64,000 nucleotides of DNA, taken from positions 1,856,001-1,920,000 of the forward strand of contig OY782041.1 of the NCBI GenBank assembly GCA_963677595.1, written 5' to 3'. The notes beneath the pieces were generated by a model. It saw only the letters and a list, made by a program, of their open reading frames with translations. It searched no databases and had not been told where the DNA came from. The stretch comes from Spirochaetia bacterium (GTDB lineage Bacteria > Spirochaetota > Spirochaetia > CAKZLE01). Of the stretch, positions 18,992-28,647 are shown one piece after another (positions within the stretch are counted from its first letter, which is position 1; each line of letters begins with the position of its first letter). Both the position numbers and the translations under genes were made by a program.

Positions 18992-20008
18992 ATGAAAAAA
19001 CTTATTGCGATTCTGGGACTGCTTATCCTGACAGTAGGGCTTTATGCGAATGCACAGCAGGAATCATCTGAAACAACAGAACCGATTGTGCTTGAGTATT
19101 CCACGGTAGCCGTACCCACAGCTCCTCATGCATTGGGACAGAAGAAATTCGCTGAGGAAGTAGAACGGATCACGAATGGGGAAGTGATCATCAAAGCCTA
19201 CTACGGAGGTGAACTCTATACCCAAGAGGCTCAGAATTCTGCATTGAGAAGGGGCAACCTGGCAATGACGAACCAGGGCCCAAACTGGTTCAGTGAATAC
19301 GCCCCCTATATGAATATGTTCTCCATGGCCTATATTTTTAAGGACCTTGACCATATGAATGCTGTAATGAACGGTGAGATTGGTGCAGAACTTGCCGATA
19401 GGCTTGCAGCTGATGTTGGGATCAGGCCATTATCGACCTGGTATCTCGGCACACGCCAGCTGAATCTTGCTGATCGGGGAAAGGGCATACCAACTATCCC
19501 GCAGGAGATGAAAGGAATCAAGCTGAGAATGCCGAACACCCGGACATGGTTGATGATGGGAGAATCTCTGGGTGCCAATCCGACTCCTGTAAGCATTAAC
19601 GAACTCTATCTGGCCTTGCAGACAGGGACTGTTGATGGTCAGGACAACCCGCTCACTACCGTAGTTCAGCGGAAATTCTACGAAGTTACAGACTACCTGG
19701 TCCTCACAGGCCACTTCGTCAATCCCATTATGCCGGTAATCAACGAAGAGGTATTCCAGAGCCTGTCTGAAGAGCACAAAGAGACCCTCTACCAGGCGGC
19801 TGAGATTGCACGGCAATATGTAGAGAACCTTATCCTTACAACTACCCAGGATGCGAGGGAGGAAATGGAAGCTGCGGGCGTTGAGTTCATCGATGTCGAT
19901 ATCGATGTCTGGAAGCAGGCGGCAGAGGATTACTACTTCGGGAATGAAGATTTTGTATCGACCATCGATATGGATCTGTATAACAAGGTTCAGGCTTTAG
20001 CGAAATAA
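18992..20008 (+). CDS. dctP: TRAP transporter substrate-binding protein
   Basis: GIKLRMP, LGANPTP, ELYLALQTGTVDGQDNP, KFYEV. Confidence 0.92.
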   Translation: MKKLIAILGLLILTVGLYANAQQESSETTEPIVLEYSTVAVPTAPHALGQKKFAEEVERITNGEVIIKAYYGGELYTQEAQNSALRRGNLAMTNQGPNWFSEYAPYMNMFSMAYIFKDLDHMNAVMNGEIGAELADRLAADVGIRPLSTWYLGTRQLNLADRGKGIPTIPQEMKGIKLRMPNTRTWLMMGESLGANPTPVSINELYLALQTGTVDGQDNPLTTVVQRKFYEVTDYLVLTGHFVNPIMPVINEEVFQSLSEEHKETLYQAAEIARQYVENLILTTTQDAREEMEAAGVEFIDVDIDVWKQAAEDYYFGNEDFVSTIDMDLYNKVQALAK

Positions 20009-20074
20009 GTCTTACAGAAATAGAAGTACACAGGGAGCACCGTTAGTGTGCTCCATTGCCTAAAGAGGGATAAC

Positions 20075-20566
20075 GTGAAGAAAACCTATACTATTATTCT
20101 TGATATCATAGAGCTGTACCTACCCGCTGTCACCTTCACTGTGATGTTCACCGTGTTCATCCTGCAGATCGTGTTCCGGTATGTCCTTAATGCCCCGTTG
20201 ATGTGGGCATATGAAGTGACGGTTCTCTGCTTTATCTGGACGACACTGCTTGCAGCCTGTTACATCAGGAGGATCAAGGGGCATATCAATTTCAATATGT
20301 TCTACCTGTCCAGGAAACCCGGGACCCAGACGGCCTTCAGGTTCATCTCGAACGGATTGATCCTGTTCGTCTGTGTGATCGGGTACCTGCCGACTATCGA
20401 TTATATCGACTTTCTCAAGATGGATAAAAGCCCGGTCCTGAGGCTGCCGATGAATATCGGGTTTTTCCCGATCCTGGTATTCCTGACCCTGATAGGTCTC
20501 CATTCCCTGGAAGACATCATGAGGGATATCAAACTGATCACAGAAAAGAGGGGAGCAAAGAGATGA
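20075..20566 (+). CDS. dctQ: TRAP transporter small permease
   Basis: 4 TM; QIVFRY, WAYE, GHI motifs. Confidence 0.88.
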   Translation: MKKTYTIILDIIELYLPAVTFTVMFTVFILQIVFRYVLNAPLMWAYEVTVLCFIWTTLLAACYIRRIKGHINFNMFYLSRKPGTQTAFRFISNGLILFVCVIGYLPTIDYIDFLKMDKSPVLRLPMNIGFFPILVFLTLIGLHSLEDIMRDIKLITEKRGAKR

Positions 20567-21843
20567 GCTTAGGATTCCTGGTTTTTGTACTCATATTGGT
20601 CTGTACATTCCTATTCAGGCTACCGATCCCTCTTGGTTTTTTTGCTTCGACATCATTCTACTGCCTGTTGTCCGGGTTGGATTTGAGCATCGTTACCGAG
20701 AGTATCGTCACTAATCTGTATTCCAAATACATTGTCATAGCTGTACCACTCTTTGTCTTCACGGCGAATGTGATGAACAGCGGCACGATCACGAAGAAGG
20801 TGTTCGAGTTCGCGAATGCCCTGGTAGGTAAGCGACGGGGGGGGCTTGCCCACGTGAACATCATCGCATCCCTCATCTTCTCTGGCATGACCGGCTCCGC
20901 CATGGCTGACGCATCAGGTCTCGGAATGATGGAACTCGAGGCTATGAGGGAGGACGGTTATGAGGATGATTTCTCGACTGCCTTGACCGCAGCTTCTGCG
21001 ACGATTGGCCCGATCTTCCCCCCTAGTATCCCGATGGTCTTCTACTCCATGCTCTCCGGGGCATCGGTAGGGGCCCTCTTTCTTGGCGGCATGGTGCCCG
21101 GGCTTCTCATGGCAATTGCCCTCATGATCTATGTGAGCATGATCGCGAAGAAACGTGATTTCGCCCAGGGGGAAGCCTTTTCCCTGCGGAAACTGGCACG
21201 GCTGGGGTTCAGTGCATTCTGGGCTCTGCTGACACCTATCATTCTGCTTGGTGGTATCTATACCGGGGTTTTTACCCCCACTGAGGCGGGTGCAGTAGCA
21301 GCTTTCTATGCGATCATCGTCTCGTTTTTCGTCTACAGGACCCTCGGACCAAGGAGGCTGTTGGCAATCATTCTCGATACAGTCAAGACGACAGGAAGAC
21401 TGTCGATCATAGTTGGTACTTCGTTCGGGGTCGCATATGTCGTCTCACGGGAAGGCATCCCGGCATTCTTTGCCAACTTCATGCTCTCCCTGACAGGTAA
21501 CAAATACGTGTTCCTCCTGCTGACCAATATCATCTTCCTGTTCCTCGGGATGTTCCTGAACATCAACACGATACAGCTTGTATTTATCCCGATCGTACTG
21601 CCGGCACTTCAAGCTTTTGGGATCGACCTGGTCCATTTTGGGGTCGTTGTCGTACTGAATATGATGATAGGACTCTCGACCCCACCGTATGGTGGATTGC
21701 TCTTCGTGGTAAACGGCATCTCAGACTGTCCGATGCAGGGGACCATCAGGGAGTTGATCCCGATGCTGTTAGTCCTGGTAGTAGTTCTGCTGCTTATCAC
21801 CTATATCCCCGGGATCGTCATGTTCCTGCCGAATCTGTTTTGA
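20563..21843 (+). CDS. dctM: TRAP transporter large permease
   Basis: AVPLF, GGLAHVN, SGMTGSAMAD, GPIFPPS, FTPTEA, TPPYG. Confidence 0.93.
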   Translation: MSLGFLVFVLILVCTFLFRLPIPLGFFASTSFYCLLSGLDLSIVTESIVTNLYSKYIVIAVPLFVFTANVMNSGTITKKVFEFANALVGKRRGGLAHVNIIASLIFSGMTGSAMADASGLGMMELEAMREDGYEDDFSTALTAASATIGPIFPPSIPMVFYSMLSGASVGALFLGGMVPGLLMAIALMIYVSMIAKKRDFAQGEAFSLRKLARLGFSAFWALLTPIILLGGIYTGVFTPTEAGAVAAFYAIIVSFFVYRTLGPRRLLAIILDTVKTTGRLSIIVGTSFGVAYVVSREGIPAFFANFMLSLTGNKYVFLLLTNIIFLFLGMFLNINTIQLVFIPIVLPALQAFGIDLVHFGVVVVLNMMIGLSTPPYGGLLFVVNGISDCPMQGTIRELIPMLLVLVVVLLLITYIPGIVMFLPNLF

Positions 21844-21862
21844 TGGTAATCGGGGAGGAAGT

Positions 21863-23371
21863 ATGAAGCAGAAAAAACCGAATATCCTGTTTCTGCTACC
21901 TGATCAGCAGCGGCCTGATTCACTTGGCTGCTATGGCGCTGAACAGGCGAAGACGCCGAATATTGATTGGCTTTCTAAGAACGGGGTGACATTTGACAAC
22001 TGTTATGTCCAGAATCCCCTGTGCTGTCCAAGCCGGTACAGCCTGGCGACAGGTAGGTATCCACACAGTCTTGGAATCAAGGCTAACTGGTACCCTTTGC
22101 GTCAGCAGGAGTCCAGTTTTGCCCATCAGCTTGGTAGGGCAGGCTACACTACTGCTGCAATAGGGAAGATGCACTTCACTCCCTGGCATGCTAATTTCGG
22201 TTTCGACGGCAGGATCATCGCGGAGGCTAAGTTCCATAGTTCGGTTCCCGATGATTATGCGAGGTTCCTTGCGAAACATGGTAACAACAGGAAATGTCTC
22301 TATGACGCTCGTTCTTCTGAGTATATACAGCGGCTGTCCTCAATGACGTCCGTCCTGCCGCAGGAACTTCATATCGACAGTTTTGTTGGGAGGAGTATCT
22401 GTGAGTACCTGCAGCAGGTCGAGGAACCGTTCTTTGCCTTTGCTTCCTTCCTTAGTCCCCACAACCCCTATGATCCCCCGAAGCCGTATGATGAGTTGTT
22501 CAGAAATACCCCTATGCCTGAACGGAACATGGGCCGGGATGAGGTCGACAGGAAGCCGAAAGAGGCATACAATTATATCACTAAGCGATTGGGCTGGGGA
22601 TTCGCGCCGGATGAGATAACCGAGGAGCAGCGCCTCGATATGTGGCGGCACTATTACGGGCTGAATACCCTGATAGATGACTGGGTGGGAGAGATCATCC
22701 GGACACTGAAGGAGCAAGGCCTGTATGATGATACCATCATCATCTACGCATCCGACCATGGTGATCTCCTCGGTGATCATGGCCTTTTCTATAAGCAGTG
22801 CTTCTATGAGCAGAGCGTAAAAGTCCCGTTGATCGTACATGCCCCGGCCAGGTATGCTTCTGACAGGATTGCCGAGAAGGTGGAACTGATGGATATCTAT
22901 GCCACGATCTGCGAGATGGGAGGAGCCCCCGCAGGCCCAGGATGCCAGGCGACGAGCCTTGTTCCCATCCTGCAGGGGGAGCCGCATATGGAACGGGAAG
23001 CTGTCTTCAGTGAGAACTACTTCGGCAGGATGGTCCGGTGGGACTCATGGAAGATGGTCTACTATCCGGGGAAACCCTATGGGGAAATCTATAACCTGGA
23101 TGATGATCCTGAGGAACAGGTTAACCTGTGGGACGTGATGGAAGGGGCAGTGGAGAAAACCCGGATGAAGGACCTGCTGCTCGAATGGGCATTCACTACC
23201 GAGGACCCGCTACCCCTGCCGGTACGTCCTGATCATCAGGACCATACCCCTGTACGATTGGTGATGGCCGAAGGGGCGGCAGCCGAAGACCTGCAGCAGC
23301 CCTGGTTCCTCCCGGGAATGATGGAATTTTATGAAAACCTGGAATTTTCCGGGGATGGGAAACTACGATGA
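21863..23371 (+). CDS. Sulfatase (Cys-type, FGly-dependent)
   Basis: PNILF-x2-DQ, CCPSR, GKMH, PHNPYD, SDHGD, VKVPL. Confidence 0.92.
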   Translation: MKQKKPNILFLLPDQQRPDSLGCYGAEQAKTPNIDWLSKNGVTFDNCYVQNPLCCPSRYSLATGRYPHSLGIKANWYPLRQQESSFAHQLGRAGYTTAAIGKMHFTPWHANFGFDGRIIAEAKFHSSVPDDYARFLAKHGNNRKCLYDARSSEYIQRLSSMTSVLPQELHIDSFVGRSICEYLQQVEEPFFAFASFLSPHNPYDPPKPYDELFRNTPMPERNMGRDEVDRKPKEAYNYITKRLGWGFAPDEITEEQRLDMWRHYYGLNTLIDDWVGEIIRTLKEQGLYDDTIIIYASDHGDLLGDHGLFYKQCFYEQSVKVPLIVHAPARYASDRIAEKVELMDIYATICEMGGAPAGPGCQATSLVPILQGEPHMEREAVFSENYFGRMVRWDSWKMVYYPGKPYGEIYNLDDDPEEQVNLWDVMEGAVEKTRMKDLLLEWAFTTEDPLPLPVRPDHQDHTPVRLVMAEGAAAEDLQQPWFLPGMMEFYENLEFSGDGKLR

Positions 23372-24852
23372 AAAAAACTACACAACCTAATATTCTCATG
23401 ATCATGACTGATCAGCAGAGATTCGATTCGCTGGGCTGTTATGGTGCAGATTGGATAGACACGCCGAATCTCGATAGACTTGCCGGGGAGGGGATGCTCT
23501 TTGAAACGTGCTATGTAAACAACCCTGTCTGCACCCCTTCGAGGGCAAGCATGTTCACGGGAAAGCACATTCTGGACCATGGCGTTCGGCGCCTCCACGA
23601 TGTATTGCCGGAAGAGGAGGTGCTTTTTCCCAAGCATTTGCAGGAAATGGGCTATACCACTGCACTGTTTGGTAAGCTGCATGTCTCCGGGCGTATGTAT
23701 GAAGAGAAAAAGCGCCATCCGGGAGACGGCTTCGATATCTATGAATGGTGTATGGAAGCATCGATCAGCATGGATTCCCCGCTCAACGGGTATTCGAGGT
23801 GGCTGAAGGAGAAATCCCCGGAATTCCATGCCAAGCTGAACGAACAGAAACGGGGGCTGAAGTATATCCCGCGCGAATACCACATGACCCACTGGGCTGC
23901 GGAACGCACTATCGACTTTATTGAAACCAGAGAGGATGACAGCCCCTTCTTCTGCATGATGAGTGTTTTCGACCCGCACAACCCCTATGATGACTTTCCT
24001 GCCGAGTATCGTGACCGGGTAGACCTGGAAAAGATGCCGAAACCTACTGTCCAGGATTGGGAGCGAAACCACTCCATTTCAGGATTGGCTCAAGAACAGC
24101 AAGACGGGTACCTGGGTGCGTTTAACGATTTTACCGATGAGGACCTGCAGGAAATGAGAGTCGGCTACTACAGTTCGATAGCCTTGTTGGATGATGAGGT
24201 TGGCCAGGTCCTTGATGCGCTTGAACGTGCCGGAAAAGCTGAGAATACCCTGGTGATCTTCTTGAGTGATCATGGGGATATGCTCGGTGACCATGGTCTG
24301 CTGGTCAAGGGAGCATACTTCTATGACCCTTGTGTGAAGGTCCCCCTCATCATGCGGCAGCCGGGAACTGTCCCGCAAGGGATCCGGTCCACTGCACTGG
24401 TACAGCCCCATGACATAGCGGCTACGATCCTCACCGCTGCCGGGATGGACGAGGATCAGATCCACGGACTGATGCCGGATTCACTCGATATCCGAAATGC
24501 GGAGGCAGAAGCCCATGAGACCGCGGTCTGCGCCTACCGGGAGACTGGGATCTGTAACACCGGCCGGTATTTCGACCCCGTGATCAATGCAACGATGATC
24601 ACGGATGGGAGCAGCAAGCTGAATGTGTACTATCCACAAATAGGGTCGTCAAACCCAGTTGAAGGTCAGTTTTTTGATCTTGATAACGATGAAGCGGAGG
24701 TAAATGACCTCTGGGAAGTACCGTTGCCAAAGAAGGATGAACTGTTCAGGAAGCTGTTGGGCTGGCAGGTGAACCGGGAGCTGTCACAGCCCCTGAAAGC
24801 TGCGTCTGCCGCCCCGGCAGATGTGGACCTCATCGTGAATATGCTGAAATAG
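23368..24852 (+). CDS. Sulfatase (Cys-type)
   Basis: PNILMIMTDQ, CTPSR, GKLH, PHNPYD, SDHGD. Confidence 0.92.
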   Translation: MKKTTQPNILMIMTDQQRFDSLGCYGADWIDTPNLDRLAGEGMLFETCYVNNPVCTPSRASMFTGKHILDHGVRRLHDVLPEEEVLFPKHLQEMGYTTALFGKLHVSGRMYEEKKRHPGDGFDIYEWCMEASISMDSPLNGYSRWLKEKSPEFHAKLNEQKRGLKYIPREYHMTHWAAERTIDFIETREDDSPFFCMMSVFDPHNPYDDFPAEYRDRVDLEKMPKPTVQDWERNHSISGLAQEQQDGYLGAFNDFTDEDLQEMRVGYYSSIALLDDEVGQVLDALERAGKAENTLVIFLSDHGDMLGDHGLLVKGAYFYDPCVKVPLIMRQPGTVPQGIRSTALVQPHDIAATILTAAGMDEDQIHGLMPDSLDIRNAEAEAHETAVCAYRETGICNTGRYFDPVINATMITDGSSKLNVYYPQIGSSNPVEGQFFDLDNDEAEVNDLWEVPLPKKDELFRKLLGWQVNRELSQPLKAASAAPADVDLIVNMLK

Positions 24853-24872
24853 AACCAGGAGATACAGAACAG

Positions 24873-26363
24873 ATGAAAACTCATTCAAACAAAAAACCAC
24901 ATGTGCTGTTTGTCATCATGCATGACTTTGGGCCGCGATACGGCTGCTATGGCGACGGATTCGCGGTTACCCCCACCCTGGACGGGATAGCTGAACATGG
25001 GGTTCGGTTTGCCGGCCATTATGCGAACTACCCCCTGTGTGGACCGGCCCGTGCAAATCTGTTTACCGGTTATCGACCGGAGTATACGAAACGGTTCAAT
25101 AACAAACCATTCTTTGAACGGTTCAGAACTGAAATGGGGGAAGGGTTTAAAACCCTTCCTCAATGGTTCAAGGATCATGGGTACCGCAGTCTCGGTACCG
25201 GATTCATCTTCCATGACAAGCCTGATGCACCATCCTGGAGTGAACCCTATGTACCGCAGAAGCTGCCTGATGACCTTCCAGAATGGTCGGTGCCATACCA
25301 GGATTCCTGTCCAAATATCTACAGGAATGAGGCTTCCCTCCGTCAGATCCGTGATCGTGCAGAGGATTTCCGAAGGAGAAACAATGATCACGATGGTACC
25401 ATGACCCTTGCGGAGCTGAGACAGTGCAGAGGACCCGCTTTTGAAGTCGGGTCCGGTGATGACAACAGTTACTACGATGGTGTCGCAGCAGGCCAGGCTG
25501 TTCGCTGGATTGAAGAACATGATCCCGATACTCCATTGTTCTGCGGGGTTGGCTTCACGGCCACGCATCTTCCCTTCAATGTGCCGAAGAAATATTGGGA
25601 CCTCTATGATAGGGATACGCTGGAACCTGCAGTGTTTGACCAATCCCCCGAGGGAACCCCTGAATGGGCTGAAGGGGACTCAGAACCGGTACAGTATTAC
25701 ACCATCAACGGTTATTCACTGCCCTGGAAAGCCGATAGGGAACAGTCGATCGATTTAAAGCATGGGCATTACGCTGCATTGAGCTATGTCGATGCCCAGA
25801 TCGGCAAGATACAGGAAGCCCTGAGGAAGAAAGGCATGCTTGATGATACCATCATCGTGGTGACTTCGGACCATGGATTCCACGACAGTGAGCATGGGTA
25901 CTGGGGAAAACATAACTGCTGGGACCGGTCTTTCCATATTCCACTGCTCATGAGTATCCCTGGACGGGAAGGTCTTGTATTTGAGGGGCTTTCAGAACAT
26001 GTGGATGTATTCCCCACACTTTGCTCAACGGCAGGGCTCGACATTCCGGGGTATTGTCAGGGAGAGGACCTGACGACGTATGTATATGATGGAGAGTATG
26101 CAGGTCGTGAAGCCGTGTTCGGGATGCGGAAGCCCATGTGGCATGATCGTTTGCAGGAATATGAGCACTGCAGGTCAGTGAGGACATCACAGTATCGCCT
26201 GAACACCTACTATGCTGATTCCGGAGTGATACTTTATCGTGAACTCTTCGATTACCAGGCAGACCCTGAGGAGCGGGTGAATATCGCGAAGGATAATGCA
26301 GCCCTGATTGGACATCTGGAAGCTTTGTATGTACAGGAGGTATTCAATGGGAATCAGGAATAG
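24873..26363 (+). CDS. Sulfatase, iduronate-2-sulfatase-like
   Basis: CGPAR, HLPFNVPKKYWDLY, YYA-like HYAALSYVDAQIG, SDHG, WGKH. Confidence 0.85.
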   Translation: MKTHSNKKPHVLFVIMHDFGPRYGCYGDGFAVTPTLDGIAEHGVRFAGHYANYPLCGPARANLFTGYRPEYTKRFNNKPFFERFRTEMGEGFKTLPQWFKDHGYRSLGTGFIFHDKPDAPSWSEPYVPQKLPDDLPEWSVPYQDSCPNIYRNEASLRQIRDRAEDFRRRNNDHDGTMTLAELRQCRGPAFEVGSGDDNSYYDGVAAGQAVRWIEEHDPDTPLFCGVGFTATHLPFNVPKKYWDLYDRDTLEPAVFDQSPEGTPEWAEGDSEPVQYYTINGYSLPWKADREQSIDLKHGHYAALSYVDAQIGKIQEALRKKGMLDDTIIVVTSDHGFHDSEHGYWGKHNCWDRSFHIPLLMSIPGREGLVFEGLSEHVDVFPTLCSTAGLDIPGYCQGEDLTTYVYDGEYAGREAVFGMRKPMWHDRLQEYEHCRSVRTSQYRLNTYYADSGVILYRELFDYQADPEERVNIAKDNAALIGHLEALYVQEVFNGNQE

Positions 26364-27279
26364 CAAACAACAGAACCTGCCTAACGGGGTATGGCCCACG
26401 ATGATCACACCGTTCCAAGAGGACGGAAGCGTGGACTATACGTCATTAAGGAGACTCGTGGATTGGTATATCAATCAGGGTGCAGCAGGGCTTTTTGCCG
26501 TATGTCAATCAAGTGAGATGTTCTTTCTCTCAAAGGAAGAGAAAATCGGTATAGCTGAGGCAACGGTACAATATGCCTCGGGTCGGGTTCCCGTGATCTG
26601 TTCCGGGCATACAAGCGACACGCTGGAAGATCAGATAGAAGAGATGACCGCTCTGGCACAGACAGGTGTTGATGCGGTTGTCCTGATCACGAACAGGCTG
26701 GCAGGGGAAGATGAACCTGACAGAATATTCATAGAACGGCTTGAGAAATTGATAGACACATTGCCTCAAGGGATAAAACTAGGGTTCTATGAATGCCCAT
26801 ACCCGTACAAACGGCTCATATCAGATGAGGTTCTGGAGTATGTGGTGCATACCGGGAGGTTCTCATTCCTGAAGGATACCTGCTGTGATAGTGAACGGAT
26901 ACGAAACCGTTTAGCAGTAATGAAGGGGAGTGATTTCAAGCTCTACAATGCTAACAGTGCTACGCTGAGTGAATCAATACGCTATGGTGTCAACGGCTAC
27001 AGTGGTATCATGGCTAACTTTCATCCCTCACTGTATGCCCGGCTCGTTTCAAAACAGCTGCAGTACCCAGGGTCAGGGGATGACCTGCAAAACCTCCTGG
27101 GGCCGCTTTCATCGGTAGAGGATGCATGGTATCCCTTGAGTGCAAAACATCATCTGAAGGTTCAGGGTATCATTGATACGGTCCGTACCCGCAAGCCTGG
27201 GCCTGAATGCCTGGATGAGAACCACATCCGCATAATCGAACAGATGCACCAACTGATATCTACCCATTATGGAGGGTAA
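26347..27279 (+). CDS. DapA/NanA-like class I aldolase/lyase
   Basis: TMITPF-x-EDG-x-VDY, CQSSEM, FYECP, catalytic Lys in FLKDTC; AGGAGG RBS. Confidence 0.85.
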   Translation: MGIRNSKQQNLPNGVWPTMITPFQEDGSVDYTSLRRLVDWYINQGAAGLFAVCQSSEMFFLSKEEKIGIAEATVQYASGRVPVICSGHTSDTLEDQIEEMTALAQTGVDAVVLITNRLAGEDEPDRIFIERLEKLIDTLPQGIKLGFYECPYPYKRLISDEVLEYVVHTGRFSFLKDTCCDSERIRNRLAVMKGSDFKLYNANSATLSESIRYGVNGYSGIMANFHPSLYARLVSKQLQYPGSGDDLQNLLGPLSSVEDAWYPLSAKHHLKVQGIIDTVRTRKPGPECLDENHIRIIEQMHQLISTHYGG

Positions 27280-27294
27280 GCAAAAACGGGTGGT

Positions 27295-28497
27295 TTACCT
27301 GTGCAGCCGTACCTGATGTCCTTCCAGTGTCTGCTGCAGCTGATTGATATCGAGCCCTGGGAGATCGGTATCTCCTTTGATGCAGAGAGCCGCAGCCGCA
27401 CCTGCCGCCTGCCCGGTCACCGCGGCGACGGGGATGACCCTTGTGACGTCCCATGCCCAGCCTGCTGATGAGATACTCCTCCCTGCTGTCAGGAGGTTGG
27501 GAACCTTGTTGTTCCATAAGGTCCCGAACGGGATCTCATAGACCTTGCCCGCTTTCGTGAAGTCCCCACAGACACCGATCGATGTACTGCAGCCTTTTCC
27601 TTCATCCTCCTCTGCCAGGGTCTCGTTCCCGATGACCCTACGGGTCTTACGGAGCTGGGGAAGGGACGGCAGGCTGATGATATCCCGGGAAGAGCGGTCC
27701 TGTCCCCGGACCTTCTCGAAGAGGAGCCTGCGTCCGGTCCGGACGAAGTCCGTCAGGCTCTCGGAATCAGAGACCACGAGAGGGGCCTTCCCTTCAGGAT
27801 ACCCGTTCCCCCAGAGATCCGCCCCTGCATGCAGCCAGCGATACGAATCGAATATGGAGCCGGTCTCGGAAGCCTTCTTTGCCATAGCAAGGTCACTGTA
27901 ATACCCGATGAAGGAGAGCCAGTTCTCTCCCTCCTCACAGGGAACGCCGGCATCCTTGAAGATACGTGCATCTCCTGTCGTGTCGATGATGAAGGGGGCA
28001 GTAAGGGCGAACCTGCCTTCAGTCCCCTCTACGATGAGCCCCCTGCAGTGATTGCCATTCATGAGGGGGTGGCAGTATCGGGTATCGAAGAGGACGGTGA
28101 TATCAAGGGATGCGACCAGCTCATCCAATGCCAGGCTGAAGATCGCCGGGGAGAAGAAGGAGCTGCATCGTTTCCTGGTATCCGCAAATTCCGGGAACCC
28201 CTTCCAGGCTGCAGGAAGCGTATCATAGCCGTAGGCAACTGCCAGCCTGAAGAGCTCCTCGGAGATGCCGTGGATGAGACGATGTCCCATCCCGTCGCAC
28301 AGCGGCTCATACCAGCCGATGAGGCCGTTGGTCGCCAGGCCGCCTAAGGATATGCCTTTCTCAATGATGAGGGCCTTCTCCACACCGCAGCGCTTAGCGG
28401 CAACAGCAGCCGAGATGCCGGCAATGCCGCCCCCTGCGATGATGAGGTCAAAAGAGCCTTTGACTGGAGTAGTGAGGTGTTCCTTGATATGGATCAT
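27295..28497 (-). CDS. FAD-dependent oxidoreductase (Pfam FAD_oxidored-like)
   Basis: IIAGGGIAG, LGGLATNG, IDTTGDA, YEIPF-x2-L, NLLTAGRSIS, GQAAG; AAGGAG RBS. Confidence 0.87.
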   Translation of the reverse strand: MIHIKEHLTTPVKGSFDLIIAGGGIAGISAAVAAKRCGVEKALIIEKGISLGGLATNGLIGWYEPLCDGMGHRLIHGISEELFRLAVAYGYDTLPAAWKGFPEFADTRKRCSSFFSPAIFSLALDELVASLDITVLFDTRYCHPLMNGNHCRGLIVEGTEGRFALTAPFIIDTTGDARIFKDAGVPCEEGENWLSFIGYYSDLAMAKKASETGSIFDSYRWLHAGADLWGNGYPEGKAPLVVSDSESLTDFVRTGRRLLFEKVRGQDRSSRDIISLPSLPQLRKTRRVIGNETLAEEDEGKGCSTSIGVCGDFTKAGKVYEIPFGTLWNNKVPNLLTAGRSISSAGWAWDVTRVIPVAAVTGQAAGAAAALCIKGDTDLPGLDINQLQQTLEGHQVRLHR

Positions 28498-28592
28498 GAA
28501 CCTATTCTCCTTTTCTCCCGGATGATTCGGGGTGTCCATCGTTATAGTATATAGGATACACCTGGGTTTTATATTTTCAAAGTGTGAATATG

Positions 28593-28647
28593 TTGTACAA
28601 ATTACAAATTGAATTGACAAATTGTACAAAAGTGATAGACTGAGACC
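28593..28647 (+). promoter_or_regulatory. Probable leaderless promoter of the ATPase with overlapping repeats
   Basis: TTGACA-N16-TAGACT-N6-ATG; two TTGTACAA palindromes and repeated ACAAATT around the -35. Confidence 0.6.
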
